A stretch of DNA of 31,480 nt. Source: a virus (lineage: Duplodnaviria; Caudoviricetes). The stretch lies in IMG/VR virus record IMGVR_UViG_3300023095_000008, positions 1-31,480 of that record, one strand, 5' to 3'. Made by a program: the position numbers and the translations under genes. The notes beneath the pieces are model-generated. The model made no database searches. It was not told the origin of the DNA and saw only the letters and a program-made list of their open reading frames with translations. Each line of letters starts with the position of its first letter. Within the stretch, counting starts at the first letter, position 1. Positions 15,759-24,083 of the stretch are shown in pieces.

Positions 15759-16469
15759 TTACACAGAATAAGACGCACTAATTTTTTGGATAAAATCTTC
15801 ATGCTTAAAATCCCAAGCTTTAGTTTCTGTGCCTTTAATCAAAAATACAACATCACCGTCATTGAAGATTTCAACCGATGAATAGTAACCTTTTATATTT
15901 TCAAACTTAATCATTATACCTCCGTCTTGAGTTGAATTCAGTTTTTCAAACTTTACATGTCCGCTATTTAAAAAATCAATAAAATTTTTAGCATAGTGCA
16001 TAACCAAATAATTATCTAAAGCCTTTCTTATATTTGGATATTTTTCTGAATAGTACTCTATTTTTTTTCCATTCTTTAACCCTATCCATACTGTTCTAAA
16101 ATCTATTTCCAGATTGTTTTCGTTTGAAATTTTCCTGAATGGTATTTTAATTCCTTTGTAAACAACCCAAAGCGTATTTCTTAAATTATATTTTTGTTCT
16201 GACAGAGGAATGTAGCAACAGTTTTCTGGACAATAGTCCTTGTTTACGTTTTTTCTTTCTATCGTCAAGCCTTTTTCCCATCCATTAGAAATGCTCCAGT
16301 CATAAAAAGATTTAAAACTTTTGTTCCATTCGTCACATACTTTTATTCCTAATGCTCCATAAGATTTATATCGATCTACATTTGGATTGTTACATCTTTT
16401 TTTCATGTCTGACCACTTTCTGTAAAGAGGATGCTTTATTAGCCCATGTTTTGTATTATTTCCTGCCAT
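15759..16469 (-). CDS. HNH-like homing endonuclease-type protein with extra C-terminal domain
   Basis: KHG...PLYRKWSDMKKRC, YGALGIKVCDEW and LTIERKNVNKDYCPENC; true ATG probably 16469. Confidence 0.75.
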   Translation of the reverse strand: MAGNNTKHGLIKHPLYRKWSDMKKRCNNPNVDRYKSYGALGIKVCDEWNKSFKSFYDWSISNGWEKGLTIERKNVNKDYCPENCCYIPLSEQKYNLRNTLWVVYKGIKIPFRKISNENNLEIDFRTVWIGLKNGKKIEYYSEKYPNIRKALDNYLVMHYAKNFIDFLNSGHVKFEKLNSTQDGGIMIKFENIKGYYSSVEIFNDGDVVFLIKGTETKAWDFKHEDFIQKISASYSV

Positions 16470-16470
16470 A

Positions 16471-16558
16471 ACGTAAAAACCCGCAATCAAAAAGGTCGTC
16501 GTCTTTTATCCTGCGGGAATTTTAAAATATTTTTATTGTAGCGACGACTCTACTAACG
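16471..16558 (-). ncRNA. Two-hairpin kissing-loop leader RNA
   Basis: GTAG-AGTCGTCG-CTAC hairpin; CCCGCA..AAAAG-ACGACGAC-CTTTT..TGCGGG hairpin plus U5. Loops pair over 7 bp. Confidence 0.7.
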
Positions 16559-16566
16559 CAAATATA
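16559..16566 (-). promoter_or_regulatory. -7 promoter element
   Basis: TATATTTG abutting the ninG stop codon. Confidence 0.7.
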
Positions 16567-17142
16567 CTACTTAAATTCTTTAATTTTTATATCGTATTGC
16601 ATTTTTTTAGCAATCAATTCTTCTTTGGTGTACTTGTAAACTCTTTTTGCATCAGAAATACTTTCCAGTTCCTCAATATAAGCCAATCCGTAGCGTTTAA
16701 TCAATCCTTTACGGTATTCTGGTATATTTCCGTGAAAGAACACATTGCATTGCTTACACGCCTTATGTACGTTTTTCTCATTGAATATTAATCCTGAATA
16801 TTTATTGCAGTCAAAATAATGTGAAGCGTGCCATTCAGTAGCTGTATTTGTACCGCATGAAATACATTCTAATTCTGCATCACGAAGCCTTATAAATTTT
16901 TGAAATGATTTTTTTGCTTCGGCTTCATATTCTGATAAAGTTTTCAACTTTTCACGCAATACTTTAGTTTCTTCCCTTGAATTTTTTTCTTTTGAAAGCT
17001 TCACTTTCTCCATTGCTTTTTTAATCAAAATATTCTTTGCTTCTGTTCCTGCTTGTTTGCATTCAGGAGTAGATTCGCAAAATCTGTAGTTGAATATTTT
17101 TTGCTCGAATTTCTTTCTGCAGAATTTGCAATTAGCTATCAT
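16567..17142 (-). CDS. ninG: NinG/Rap-like recombination endonuclease
   Basis: CKFC...FC N-terminus; FQKFIRLRD, CISCG, HASHY, NVHKACKQCN and GNIPEYRKGLIKRYG. Confidence 0.9.
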   Translation of the reverse strand: MIANCKFCRKKFEQKIFNYRFCESTPECKQAGTEAKNILIKKAMEKVKLSKEKNSREETKVLREKLKTLSEYEAEAKKSFQKFIRLRDAELECISCGTNTATEWHASHYFDCNKYSGLIFNEKNVHKACKQCNVFFHGNIPEYRKGLIKRYGLAYIEELESISDAKRVYKYTKEELIAKKMQYDIKIKEFK

Positions 17143-17513
17143 AATAATTCAGGATTTTCGTAAATGTTTCCGATAATTTTTAATGCCCCGCAAGTTCTTG
17201 ATAAGCGAATACTGCTATTATTTTTTTTCAAATAGTAAGCACCGTCTGCAAAAATAACTTCGTGAGCATCATTTCCATATCCCTTTATTAAGTCTCCTTC
17301 ATAAATGCTTATTCCATCTATGTCTTTTATTCCTGAAGACTGCATTAGTTTTATGTTTCTGTTATCGGGATAATCGTTTTCAACTGATAAATACAATTCA
17401 AAATATCCTTCTGAAAAGGAAAAGAAAAAATCATTTCTATTATTATCCTTATCTGTGTAAAGCATTTCAGAACTATCAATGTCCCAAGCTCTAAATTTTA
17501 TTTCTCTATTCAT
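17139..17513 (-). CDS. YopX family protein (copy A)
   Basis: REIKFRAWD, LMQSSGIKD..G..IYEGD, IIGNIYENPELL. Confidence 0.9.
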   Translation of the reverse strand: MNREIKFRAWDIDSSEMLYTDKDNNRNDFFFSFSEGYFELYLSVENDYPDNRNIKLMQSSGIKDIDGISIYEGDLIKGYGNDAHEVIFADGAYYLKKNNSSIRLSRTCGALKIIGNIYENPELL

Positions 17514-17557
17514 AATACTATTTTTAAAAATTAGGGTTGCTTTTGTTGTTTACTTTT

Positions 17558-17749
17558 TTATAAATATTTAGATAATTTGTCTAAAATATAATTTGCATAA
17601 ACAGACATTTTTTTATTAATTCCTCTTAAAGCTATTGCCATTTTATATCTTCCAACAACAATAGGTGGTTGTTTATATAGCTTTGGATTTTTATAATAAT
17701 CAATTATAACCATTCTTTCATAAAAATCGAATAATATTTTATTTTTCAT
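17558..17749 (-). CDS. Hypothetical protein
   Basis: 63 aa in the operon direction. Confidence 0.6.
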   Translation of the reverse strand: MKNKILFDFYERMVIIDYYKNPKLYKQPPIVVGRYKMAIALRGINKKMSVYANYILDKLSKYL

Positions 17750-17754
17750 AATTT

Positions 17755-18117
17755 CTAAATAAATGAGTTAGTATAGTTTTCTGCCATTTTCAATAAGTCG
17801 ATGCTTTCCGGAATTAGCTTATTGCATTCGAAAAGCTTTGAAATAATTTCTTCTATCTCTTTTTTTAATATTGGATAAATTGTCATTTCAATTTTGATCT
17901 TGTTTCTTCCGTGAAGATAGCTAGAATGTTCACGTTTTACCGTTTCGCTTATCTTTTCATTTGTGAGTTCCGTAAATTCCCCGCAAAGGTAAAAGTAAAC
18001 GTGTCTTGCCTTAGCTATGTTTTTATTTCTTAAACTGCTTTTTATAAGCTTTTCTTCAATATAAAAATAACTGCAGACAGTATCTAAAATCTTAGTTGTT
18101 GGCAGATTAGGTTTCAT
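17755..18117 (-). CDS. DnaA C-terminal-like HTH protein
   Basis: ILDTVCSYF...RNKNIAKARHVYFYL...ISETVKREHSSYLHG parallels the DnaA domain IV signature. Confidence 0.8.
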   Translation of the reverse strand: MKPNLPTTKILDTVCSYFYIEEKLIKSSLRNKNIAKARHVYFYLCGEFTELTNEKISETVKREHSSYLHGRNKIKIEMTIYPILKKEIEEIISKLFECNKLIPESIDLLKMAENYTNSFI

Positions 18118-18964
18118 AAAATATATTTTCTTGGTTAGCCAATATCTTTGAAACGAAAAATTCTTTTAGCACTAATTTTTTAGCTCGCAAAATAATTGAA
18201 TTATCCGTTTTTTCTTCGATAGCCTTAAGATTTTCATTGAGGTTAAATAAATTTCCCTTATCCAATCCTAATTTGGCTTTATAAATTTCATTTTTCTTTT
18301 CAGCTATTAGTTCTTTTTGCGCTTCATAAATTTTTCTGTTGTAGTAAGCGTTAAGCTTTGGCGTGTTTTCGTTTGGAACTTTAATCAAAGCGTTTTCAAC
18401 TAAAATTTCATAAATGTAAGTCAATCCATCGGGCAATGATTGTGATTCTTTAAATTCATTGTAAACACGGTTTACTGCTTTTTTATTAATATCTTCTTTT
18501 GCTGAATTAGTAATTACTTCAAGTTTAGGTTTTTCAATTGATTCAGGAATATAATTTATTAACTGATTATTACGATATTCGATATAAGAATAAAGAACTT
18601 CCCCAACAACAACACAATCAATCATTCTGAAAACTTTTACTTCAAATTGCTTTGCAACAAACATTCTAAAAGCCTCTTTTATTTCTTCTAAAGTAAGGAA
18701 GTGAAATTTATCGATAATAAAATTATAAATAAAAGCTAGATTTTTACCGTGTTCCTCTTCTGTTTCTCCAACACTTTTAACGCCGGTTATATCTAAAATA
18801 AAATTAATAGTTTCATCAACTTCACTCAAGTTCTGTATATTCCGTATCTTCAAATAATTCTCCTTCAGTATTGCCAGTTTCGGCTTGTTGGTGTTTTTTG
18901 GCAAGATTTGAGAAGGTATCTCTGAATTTTTGCTTTGTTGCTGCTGTATTTTGTTGATTTCCAT
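18107..18964 (-). CDS. Replication-associated protein (possible helicase loader)
   Basis: Follows the initiator gene; function inferred from position. Confidence 0.5.
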   Translation of the reverse strand: MEINKIQQQQSKNSEIPSQILPKNTNKPKLAILKENYLKIRNIQNLSEVDETINFILDITGVKSVGETEEEHGKNLAFIYNFIIDKFHFLTLEEIKEAFRMFVAKQFEVKVFRMIDCVVVGEVLYSYIEYRNNQLINYIPESIEKPKLEVITNSAKEDINKKAVNRVYNEFKESQSLPDGLTYIYEILVENALIKVPNENTPKLNAYYNRKIYEAQKELIAEKKNEIYKAKLGLDKGNLFNLNENLKAIEEKTDNSIILRAKKLVLKEFFVSKILANQENIFYET

Positions 18965-19739
18965 TTTGTAAATTTTTATTTTCTTTTATCCATTCCGCTT
19001 CAAATCCTTTCCAATCTTTTTCAATGCAGATTCTTAAAATTTGATTAATGTCTTTTCCTGATAAATAAACCTGTGAAATAAATTTGTCTAATGCAGTTTT
19101 GGTGTCGGTGGCGTTCTTTTTTTTTCTGACTTTGTTCCAGTCGTTTAACAAATCCTTTTCTGCACCTAATTTTTCTAATTCTTTGTAAAACTTAAAAATA
19201 CTTTTTGTTTCTTTTTCTAAAAGAAATTCTTTTCTTTTCTTTTCTTCATCTTTTCTAATCTCATCTTCATCTTGTATTGTCTTTATATTATCTGCGATGT
19301 TTTGCGATGGTGGTGCGATTGGTATGCTATCGGTGTGCGATGCTGGTGCGATGGTTTTTGATAATTCTATTGCTTCTTCCAAAGATATTTCTTTTGCTTT
19401 AAAACGTTGATAAATAGGGTGATGCCACCTTTTTAAATTGCCAACAATGCCACTTGTGCTTTTATCTTTATAAACTTCTTTTATTTCTAAATTTTGCTCA
19501 TCAAGGAATGAAATGTAAACATTTTTACTATCCTTTGTCAATATTTTTTTTGAAATAAGAATTTCAAAGTGTTCTTGATCAATTTCAATAATTGAATCTT
19601 CAATTGATAATTCACAATCTTTATTCCAATACATACAGCATAGCCGTAAAAATCTTGCTTGTGTTATTTCAGGGCATCTTTGTATTTTTCCCATCATCCA
19701 ATCACTAGGAGTAAATTTAAACCATTGCAGCTTATCCAT
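18822..19739 (-). CDS. Replication initiator (lambda O-like architecture, DUF1376-like N-terminus)
   Basis: WFKFTPSDWM N-terminus, central low-complexity linker carrying iterons, C-terminal WKGFEAEW. Confidence 0.75.
   Translation of the reverse strand: MDKLQWFKFTPSDWMMGKIQRCPEITQARFLRLCCMYWNKDCELSIEDSIIEIDQEHFEILISKKILTKDSKNVYISFLDEQNLEIKEVYKDKSTSGIVGNLKRWHHPIYQRFKAKEISLEEAIELSKTIAPASHTDSIPIAPPSQNIADNIKTIQDEDEIRKDEEKKRKEFLLEKETKSIFKFYKELEKLGAEKDLLNDWNKVRKKKNATDTKTALDKFISQVYLSGKDINQILRICIEKDWKGFEAEWIKENKNLQNGNQQNTAATKQKFRDTFSNLAKKHQQAETGNTEGELFEDTEYTELE
19293..19352. repeat. Six iterons, putative replication origin
   Basis: TGCGAT at 19293, 19303, 19314, 19336 and 19347, with TGCTAT at 19325. 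The period is 10-11 bp and the array lies next to an AT-rich polypurine tract. Confidence 0.75.
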
Positions 19740-19977
19740 TTTCCACCTCCGAACTTGTTATTTTATTTATTTCAGTACGAAGTGTTTTAGCGAACTTGAT
19801 TGCTGTACTCTTGTCTAGATAAATAGCACTTGATCCCGTATATATATCACATATTTCTATATAAATAATTCCTTCTGGAATATTTTTTCTTATAAAATTG
19901 TTTTCAGGATTCTCTCTTGTTACAGATATTGTAGATTCGTCTGTACAATCTAAAAATTTTAATTCAAATTTTGCCAT
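19732..19977 (-). CDS. Hypothetical protein
   Basis: Probable ATG at 19977 (MAKFELKF); the longer ORF call runs through the structured leader. Confidence 0.7.
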   Translation of the reverse strand: MAKFELKFLDCTDESTISVTRENPENNFIRKNIPEGIIYIEICDIYTGSSAIYLDKSTAIKFAKTLRTEINKITSSEVENG

Positions 19978-20020
19978 AATAAATAAAGGTTTTAAGTTCC
20001 AATAAACTATTAAGTTGATA

Positions 20021-20119
20021 AAAAAACAAAACTCCAATAAATCCCCGCTCATCACTTCGGTTCATTATTGGAGTTGTTTAAGACTGAAGTTGGTATAATG
20101 TGATGAGCCAACTACACAA
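20021..20119 (-). ncRNA. Two-hairpin kissing-loop leader RNA
   Basis: AGTTGG/CCAACT hairpin; AACTCCAATAA/TTATTGGAGTT hairpin plus U-tract. GCTCATCAC/GTGATGAGC are complementary. Confidence 0.7.
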
Positions 20120-20127
20120 CAAAAATA
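20120..20127 (-). promoter_or_regulatory. -7 promoter element
   Basis: TATTTTTG matches TAnnTTTG. Confidence 0.65.
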
Positions 20128-20149
20128 CGATAATATTTGAAATACACAA

Positions 20150-20347
20150 TCAAATCATGTAATTTAATTTGCTTTCGATAATTTCAAATTTATATTTTTT
20201 GAAAAAAATTGAATCTATTATACAATGAAATTTATGACGTGATACGCCGGTTTTTTTTTGTATTTCAATTACAGTGTTTTCTTTTCCTGATAAATAGCAA
20301 TCAGTTACCAAAACTATTTCTTCGTGGGTTAAAGTTGAGGTTGCCAT
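20150..20347 (-). CDS. Small HTH-like protein
   Basis: TVIEIQKKTGVSRHK resembles a helix-turn-helix. Confidence 0.55.
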   Translation of the reverse strand: MATSTLTHEEIVLVTDCYLSGKENTVIEIQKKTGVSRHKFHCIIDSIFFKKYKFEIIESKLNYMI

Positions 20348-20607
20348 CACTCAATATGGTTAATTGCGTTCTGTACTTCTGACGAGCTTAAGTTTGCATT
20401 TACAGAATCTTCGATAAGCTTGTTTTTCTTCGATGTAAGCGATTCATTTAGAACCCTTCTAAGATTGTTCAGCACTTGTACCTTTTCAAGGTCTGTCAAT
20501 TCATATTCTGTCTGTGAATTTAAGACAGCGAAAAGCTCTAAAGTTCTTCGGTTTACTTTCTGTTCAGATGTTGGTACAGGAAAGAAATAGTTTAGTAGGT
20601 TTTTCAT
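20347..20607 (-). CDS. Hypothetical protein
   Basis: 86 aa; ATGA-coupled to the YopX gene. Confidence 0.65.
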   Translation of the reverse strand: MKNLLNYFFPVPTSEQKVNRRTLELFAVLNSQTEYELTDLEKVQVLNNLRRVLNESLTSKKNKLIEDSVNANLSSSEVQNAINHIE

Positions 20608-20990
20608 AATAATTCAGGGTTTTCGTGAATGTTGCCGATTACTTCCAAAGAATGCTTCCAATAATTTTTAAGATACATCCTTTGGGTTTCGTCATCTGAT
20701 TTTATTTTTTCCAAGTCAAATCCTGCGTCTCCATATACAACTATACAATTGTTTGAAACACCCCCTTCTAGTTCTACTTTGCTAATTAAAATATCTCCTT
20801 CGTAAATATCGACACCGTTTTTGTCTTTCAATCCTGTGAACTGCATTAATTCAAAACTGTAAAATAAAGTGTTTATGGTTTCTTCAAAAGGAACGCATAC
20901 CGTTTCTATTTCAGGAAATCCCCACATTGATGTTACTGTATTCATCGTTTTTGTGATCTGATCAAATACTCTAAATTTTATTTCTCTCAT
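20604..20990 (-). CDS. YopX family protein (copy B)
   Basis: REIKFRVFD, MQFTGLKDKNGVDIYEGD, EVIGNIHENPELL. Confidence 0.9.
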   Translation of the reverse strand: MREIKFRVFDQITKTMNTVTSMWGFPEIETVCVPFEETINTLFYSFELMQFTGLKDKNGVDIYEGDILISKVELEGGVSNNCIVVYGDAGFDLEKIKSDDETQRMYLKNYWKHSLEVIGNIHENPELL

Positions 20991-21038
20991 TTTTCAAATA
21001 AATTAAGTGATTGTTATTGTTTTCTGTTTTGTTGCTGA

Positions 21039-21713
21039 TTAAATCTTCCAGGTTTTAAATGTTCTTACAGAGTTTATTGCGCCTCTTGAAACATTATATA
21101 TATCTGCTAGTTTTGAATTACTCATAACACCAACTGTTTCCCTAATGTGCTTTACCTTATCATTATCTAATTTTGCACAAGGATGCATTACTCCTGATAT
21201 AGGATTCATCAATCCTTCTTTATGCGCATGAATAGCATTTTCTGAATATGTACACCATTCTAAATTTTCGATATTATTATCTGTTTTAATTCCACTCTTA
21301 TGATTTACAACAGGTTTATTAGAATTGTTTTCTAAAAAAGCCATAGCTACTAATCTATGCACGCTCAAAGTCTTTAAAATATTATTTTTATCTCTCAATA
21401 CAACAGATGGATAGCCTACATTAGAAACCCATCCTTTTATCAATCTACTTTTTAAGAATATTTTTCGTTTTTTTATAGATATTCTTGAGCATTCTTTTGT
21501 TTTTACTCTACCCATGCTACTGACTTCATAAAATTCTTCATAACCAATAACATTTTTCCAAATTTCTCCTAAATTATTAATTGTTTCCGAATTCTTTTTT
21601 CTGGATAAACAATTTTTACACCGAGGAGTTAATCCCATATTTGCTTTCTTATGTATTCTAAATTCTAATAATTCTTTGTATTGTAAACATTTAGAGCATT
21701 TTTTTGTTTTCAT
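21039..21713 (-). CDS. NUMOD4-HNH homing endonuclease
   Basis: EIWKNVIGYEEFYEVSSMGRVK (NUMOD4) and VHRLVAMAF..VNHKSGIKTDNNIENLEW (HNH), plus an N-terminal CxxC pair and a C-terminal HTH. Confidence 0.9.
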   Translation of the reverse strand: MKTKKCSKCLQYKELLEFRIHKKANMGLTPRCKNCLSRKKNSETINNLGEIWKNVIGYEEFYEVSSMGRVKTKECSRISIKKRKIFLKSRLIKGWVSNVGYPSVVLRDKNNILKTLSVHRLVAMAFLENNSNKPVVNHKSGIKTDNNIENLEWCTYSENAIHAHKEGLMNPISGVMHPCAKLDNDKVKHIRETVGVMSNSKLADIYNVSRGAINSVRTFKTWKI

Positions 21714-21719
21714 AATAAA

Positions 21720-21820
21720 TAAAAATGCCGAAAATTATTCAAGCGCATCTCAACTCGCTATCCTAATAATCGGCTATAATGTTTTTAATGTTACTTTAAT
21801 TGAGATGCTGTAACGTTAAC
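21720..21820 (-). ncRNA. Two-hairpin kissing-loop leader RNA
   Basis: GTTAC/GTAAC hairpin; GCCGA..AGCG/CGCT..TCGGC hairpin plus U-tract. GCATCTCAA/TTGAGATGC are complementary. Confidence 0.7.
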
Positions 21821-21828
21821 CAAATATA
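21821..21828 (-). promoter_or_regulatory. -7 promoter element
   Basis: TATATTTG. Confidence 0.7.
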
Positions 21829-21903
21829 ATAATTATTTTCGATAAAAGCTAATATTTCCAAGCTTAACGATTTCAATTGCTTCTTCTTTTGTTTGTGTCT
21901 TTT

Positions 21904-22347
21904 TCATTCGTTGAAATTTAATGTTGTTTCAGTATTAGGATCTGGAATTATAACATTTAAAAATTCTGCGCTCCATCTTTGTATTTCTAAAATGTACTCC
22001 ATAAATTCAGTAGTTGACATTTCGGAACTGCTTATTTTTTCAGAAATAACTTCGCCCGATTCTATATTTATCAATTCTTTTTCCGGAGCAAACATTTTTA
22101 AAAGTATGTTGTAATGTATGTTTTCCATTGTCCTGTATTCGCCTGTAGCTTCTTTTAAGCCGTTTTGAACTAAAGGAAGACAAACACCCCAGTAAAATTT
22201 ATTTTGCTGATTAGAACGGTTCTTTTTGATTCGCTCAATTGTAAATAAACAATCCTTTCCTTCAAATCCTGAAACCGCATCAACAATCTGATTTATGTTT
22301 CTTTTGAATTTTCCATTAAGTACTGATGTTCTTATCTGTATTTTCAT
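21904..22347 (-). CDS. NinB/Orf-like recombination accessory protein
   Basis: RSNQQNKFYWG, SSSEMSTTEFMEYI and IPDP. Confidence 0.75.
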   Translation of the reverse strand: MKIQIRTSVLNGKFKRNINQIVDAVSGFEGKDCLFTIERIKKNRSNQQNKFYWGVCLPLVQNGLKEATGEYRTMENIHYNILLKMFAPEKELINIESGEVISEKISSSEMSTTEFMEYILEIQRWSAEFLNVIIPDPNTETTLNFNE

Positions 22348-22957
22348 TGAAATAATTTTTAAGTTCTTGGAATATTTTTGCTTTTTCCTTTATTTCGGAA
22401 ATTACAAATTCATCACGATTTAATCTAAACTTAAAATACTCATTTGGTTTTATCTCTCTTATTTCGTTTTCTTCATCTTCATAAGTTTCTACCGAAAGAA
22501 AAACTAAATTTGCTTCTTTCAAATCCGAACAATACATTTGAATCATAATTTGCTCGTAGTTTTTCTTAAATTTCTTTTTCAATACTTCGGTATATTCTTT
22601 TTTAGACAATACCGTTAAAGGTTGAATAATAGATATGAAGTCAGTAAAATAAATAGTTTTTAATTCATCAAAATCAACTATTTTTCCATTTTCAATTTTA
22701 GCAAAATCTATTGATGAGGTAAAAACATTCATTTCTTCAGAAGTTTCTTTCCATTGGCAGAAGTAATCATTTGGCAAAATATTTAAATAATTTTTCTCCA
22801 AAATAGCGCCAGTCCTTAAAGCGTTTATAGGACTTGCTAAAGCATTATAATTAGGTTTATCATCAGACAAAAACTTTCTAATTAAATCTCTAAACCCTTG
22901 TGTTTCTTTTCCCATCATCAAAGATGAAATATCCCCACTTCCTAATACTAAATTCAT
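22316..22957 (-). CDS. YqaJ/lambda-exonuclease-like PD-(D/E)XK nuclease
   Basis: LGSGDIS, LRTGAILE, SSID, ELKT and YEQIMIQM; adjacent to the ERF gene. Confidence 0.7.
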   Translation of the reverse strand: MNLVLGSGDISSLMMGKETQGFRDLIRKFLSDDKPNYNALASPINALRTGAILEKNYLNILPNDYFCQWKETSEEMNVFTSSIDFAKIENGKIVDFDELKTIYFTDFISIIQPLTVLSKKEYTEVLKKKFKKNYEQIMIQMYCSDLKEANLVFLSVETYEDEENEIREIKPNEYFKFRLNRDEFVISEIKEKAKIFQELKNYFNENTDKNIST

Positions 22958-22959
22958 AA

Positions 22960-23592
22960 TTAAATAAGTTTTTTATCTGTGTATGTCTTGTGAATTGTAG
23001 TTACTTGTGCATCTGTCAAGTCTGCCAAAACACCAACATTGAAATATTTCAATATTTCCTGTAATACACTTAAGTTTGAATTAAGGTAATTTTCAATTGC
23101 AATTCTTTTTTCTGATATTGGTTTTCTTGCAGATTCCTCTTTTGATTTTTCTGCATCCGGATCTTCGCCTGTTGCAATTTTATAAGCATTAAGCAATGCG
23201 TATTTTCTTGCGTATGTTGATGCTTTACCGAAACCTTTGTCTCCTGAATCTATACCACGTCCAAAAGATTCTACTTCAATGAAACTTGTTACGTCATCTA
23301 AGTCAACTATTTTTAAAGTCAATTTAATTGTATCTACGTAAGTTATTCCTTCTGTATTGTCTTTTTTTAGTGTTTTTAAAATTTCTGAATTTATCAATTC
23401 CTGCTTTATCGGAACTGATGTAATTCTAAATTTAGTTTCTGCATCTTTTACAGCCAAAGTAACATCTATGTCGCTAATCGCTTTATAAGAATAATTACCA
23501 ATTCCAACAGTCATTCCTTTAGATATATTTCTAATTTCATTTGATACTGATTGAATCTTTTCGTAAATGTTTAATTTTATTTCTTCCGACAT
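22960..23592 (-). CDS. erf: ERF family single-strand annealing protein
   Basis: DKGFGKASTYARKYALLNAYKIATGEDPD. Confidence 0.9.
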   Translation of the reverse strand: MSEEIKLNIYEKIQSVSNEIRNISKGMTVGIGNYSYKAISDIDVTLAVKDAETKFRITSVPIKQELINSEILKTLKKDNTEGITYVDTIKLTLKIVDLDDVTSFIEVESFGRGIDSGDKGFGKASTYARKYALLNAYKIATGEDPDAEKSKEESARKPISEKRIAIENYLNSNLSVLQEILKYFNVGVLADLTDAQVTTIHKTYTDKKLI

Positions 23593-23594
23593 AA

Positions 23595-23864
23595 CTATAT
23601 TTTATTTAATTTATGGTTAAAAAGTTCTCTTAATCTGATGTATTCACCAACACCTTCATATTCTTTTGGAGAACTCAAAGAAATAAAGTTTTCGTTGTAA
23701 ATTCTCTGCATGTTTGAATTTATCCTTTGAAGTTCATTTATTGACATTCTTAAGTCTTGGATTTCTTTTTGCTCGTCGGTAAGTTCGATTACTTCGATTT
23801 CTTCTAAATTAGGAGGGAAAGCGGGGTTTTCATGTCCTAAATGTTCATTGTCATAATTGCTCAT
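23595..23864 (-). CDS. Hypothetical protein
   Basis: 89 aa, coupled to neighbouring genes. Confidence 0.65.
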   Translation of the reverse strand: MSNYDNEHLGHENPAFPPNLEEIEVIELTDEQKEIQDLRMSINELQRINSNMQRIYNENFISLSSPKEYEGVGEYIRLRELFNHKLNKI

Positions 23865-24082
23865 TTTTTATATTTTTTATTATATTCAATAGTTCCTTGT
23901 ATTGCATTTCCTAATGCTGCACCCAAAGTCAGGGTAAAAAAAGAGATAACAATTATTCCTATTCTTTTATCTATATCGTAATATGGTATTCTTAAAAATA
24001 AAAGTATGTCCCAATAAGCAAAACAAAAACCAAGATATACTAATACGAATAATGCAATTATTGTTGTTATTATAATTTTCAT
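23861..24082 (-). CDS. Small two-TM membrane protein
   Basis: Two hydrophobic segments in 73 aa. Confidence 0.65.
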   Translation of the reverse strand: MKIIITTIIALFVLVYLGFCFAYWDILLFLRIPYYDIDKRIGIIVISFFTLTLGAALGNAIQGTIEYNKKYKK

Positions 24083-24083
24083 A

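Noticed and set aside
18822-18964. 143-nt overlap of initiator and next gene as a special dual-coding system
   Set aside because: Both frames encode low-complexity tails; a similar run-on overlap occurs at 1362-1486, so it looks like ordinary compaction.
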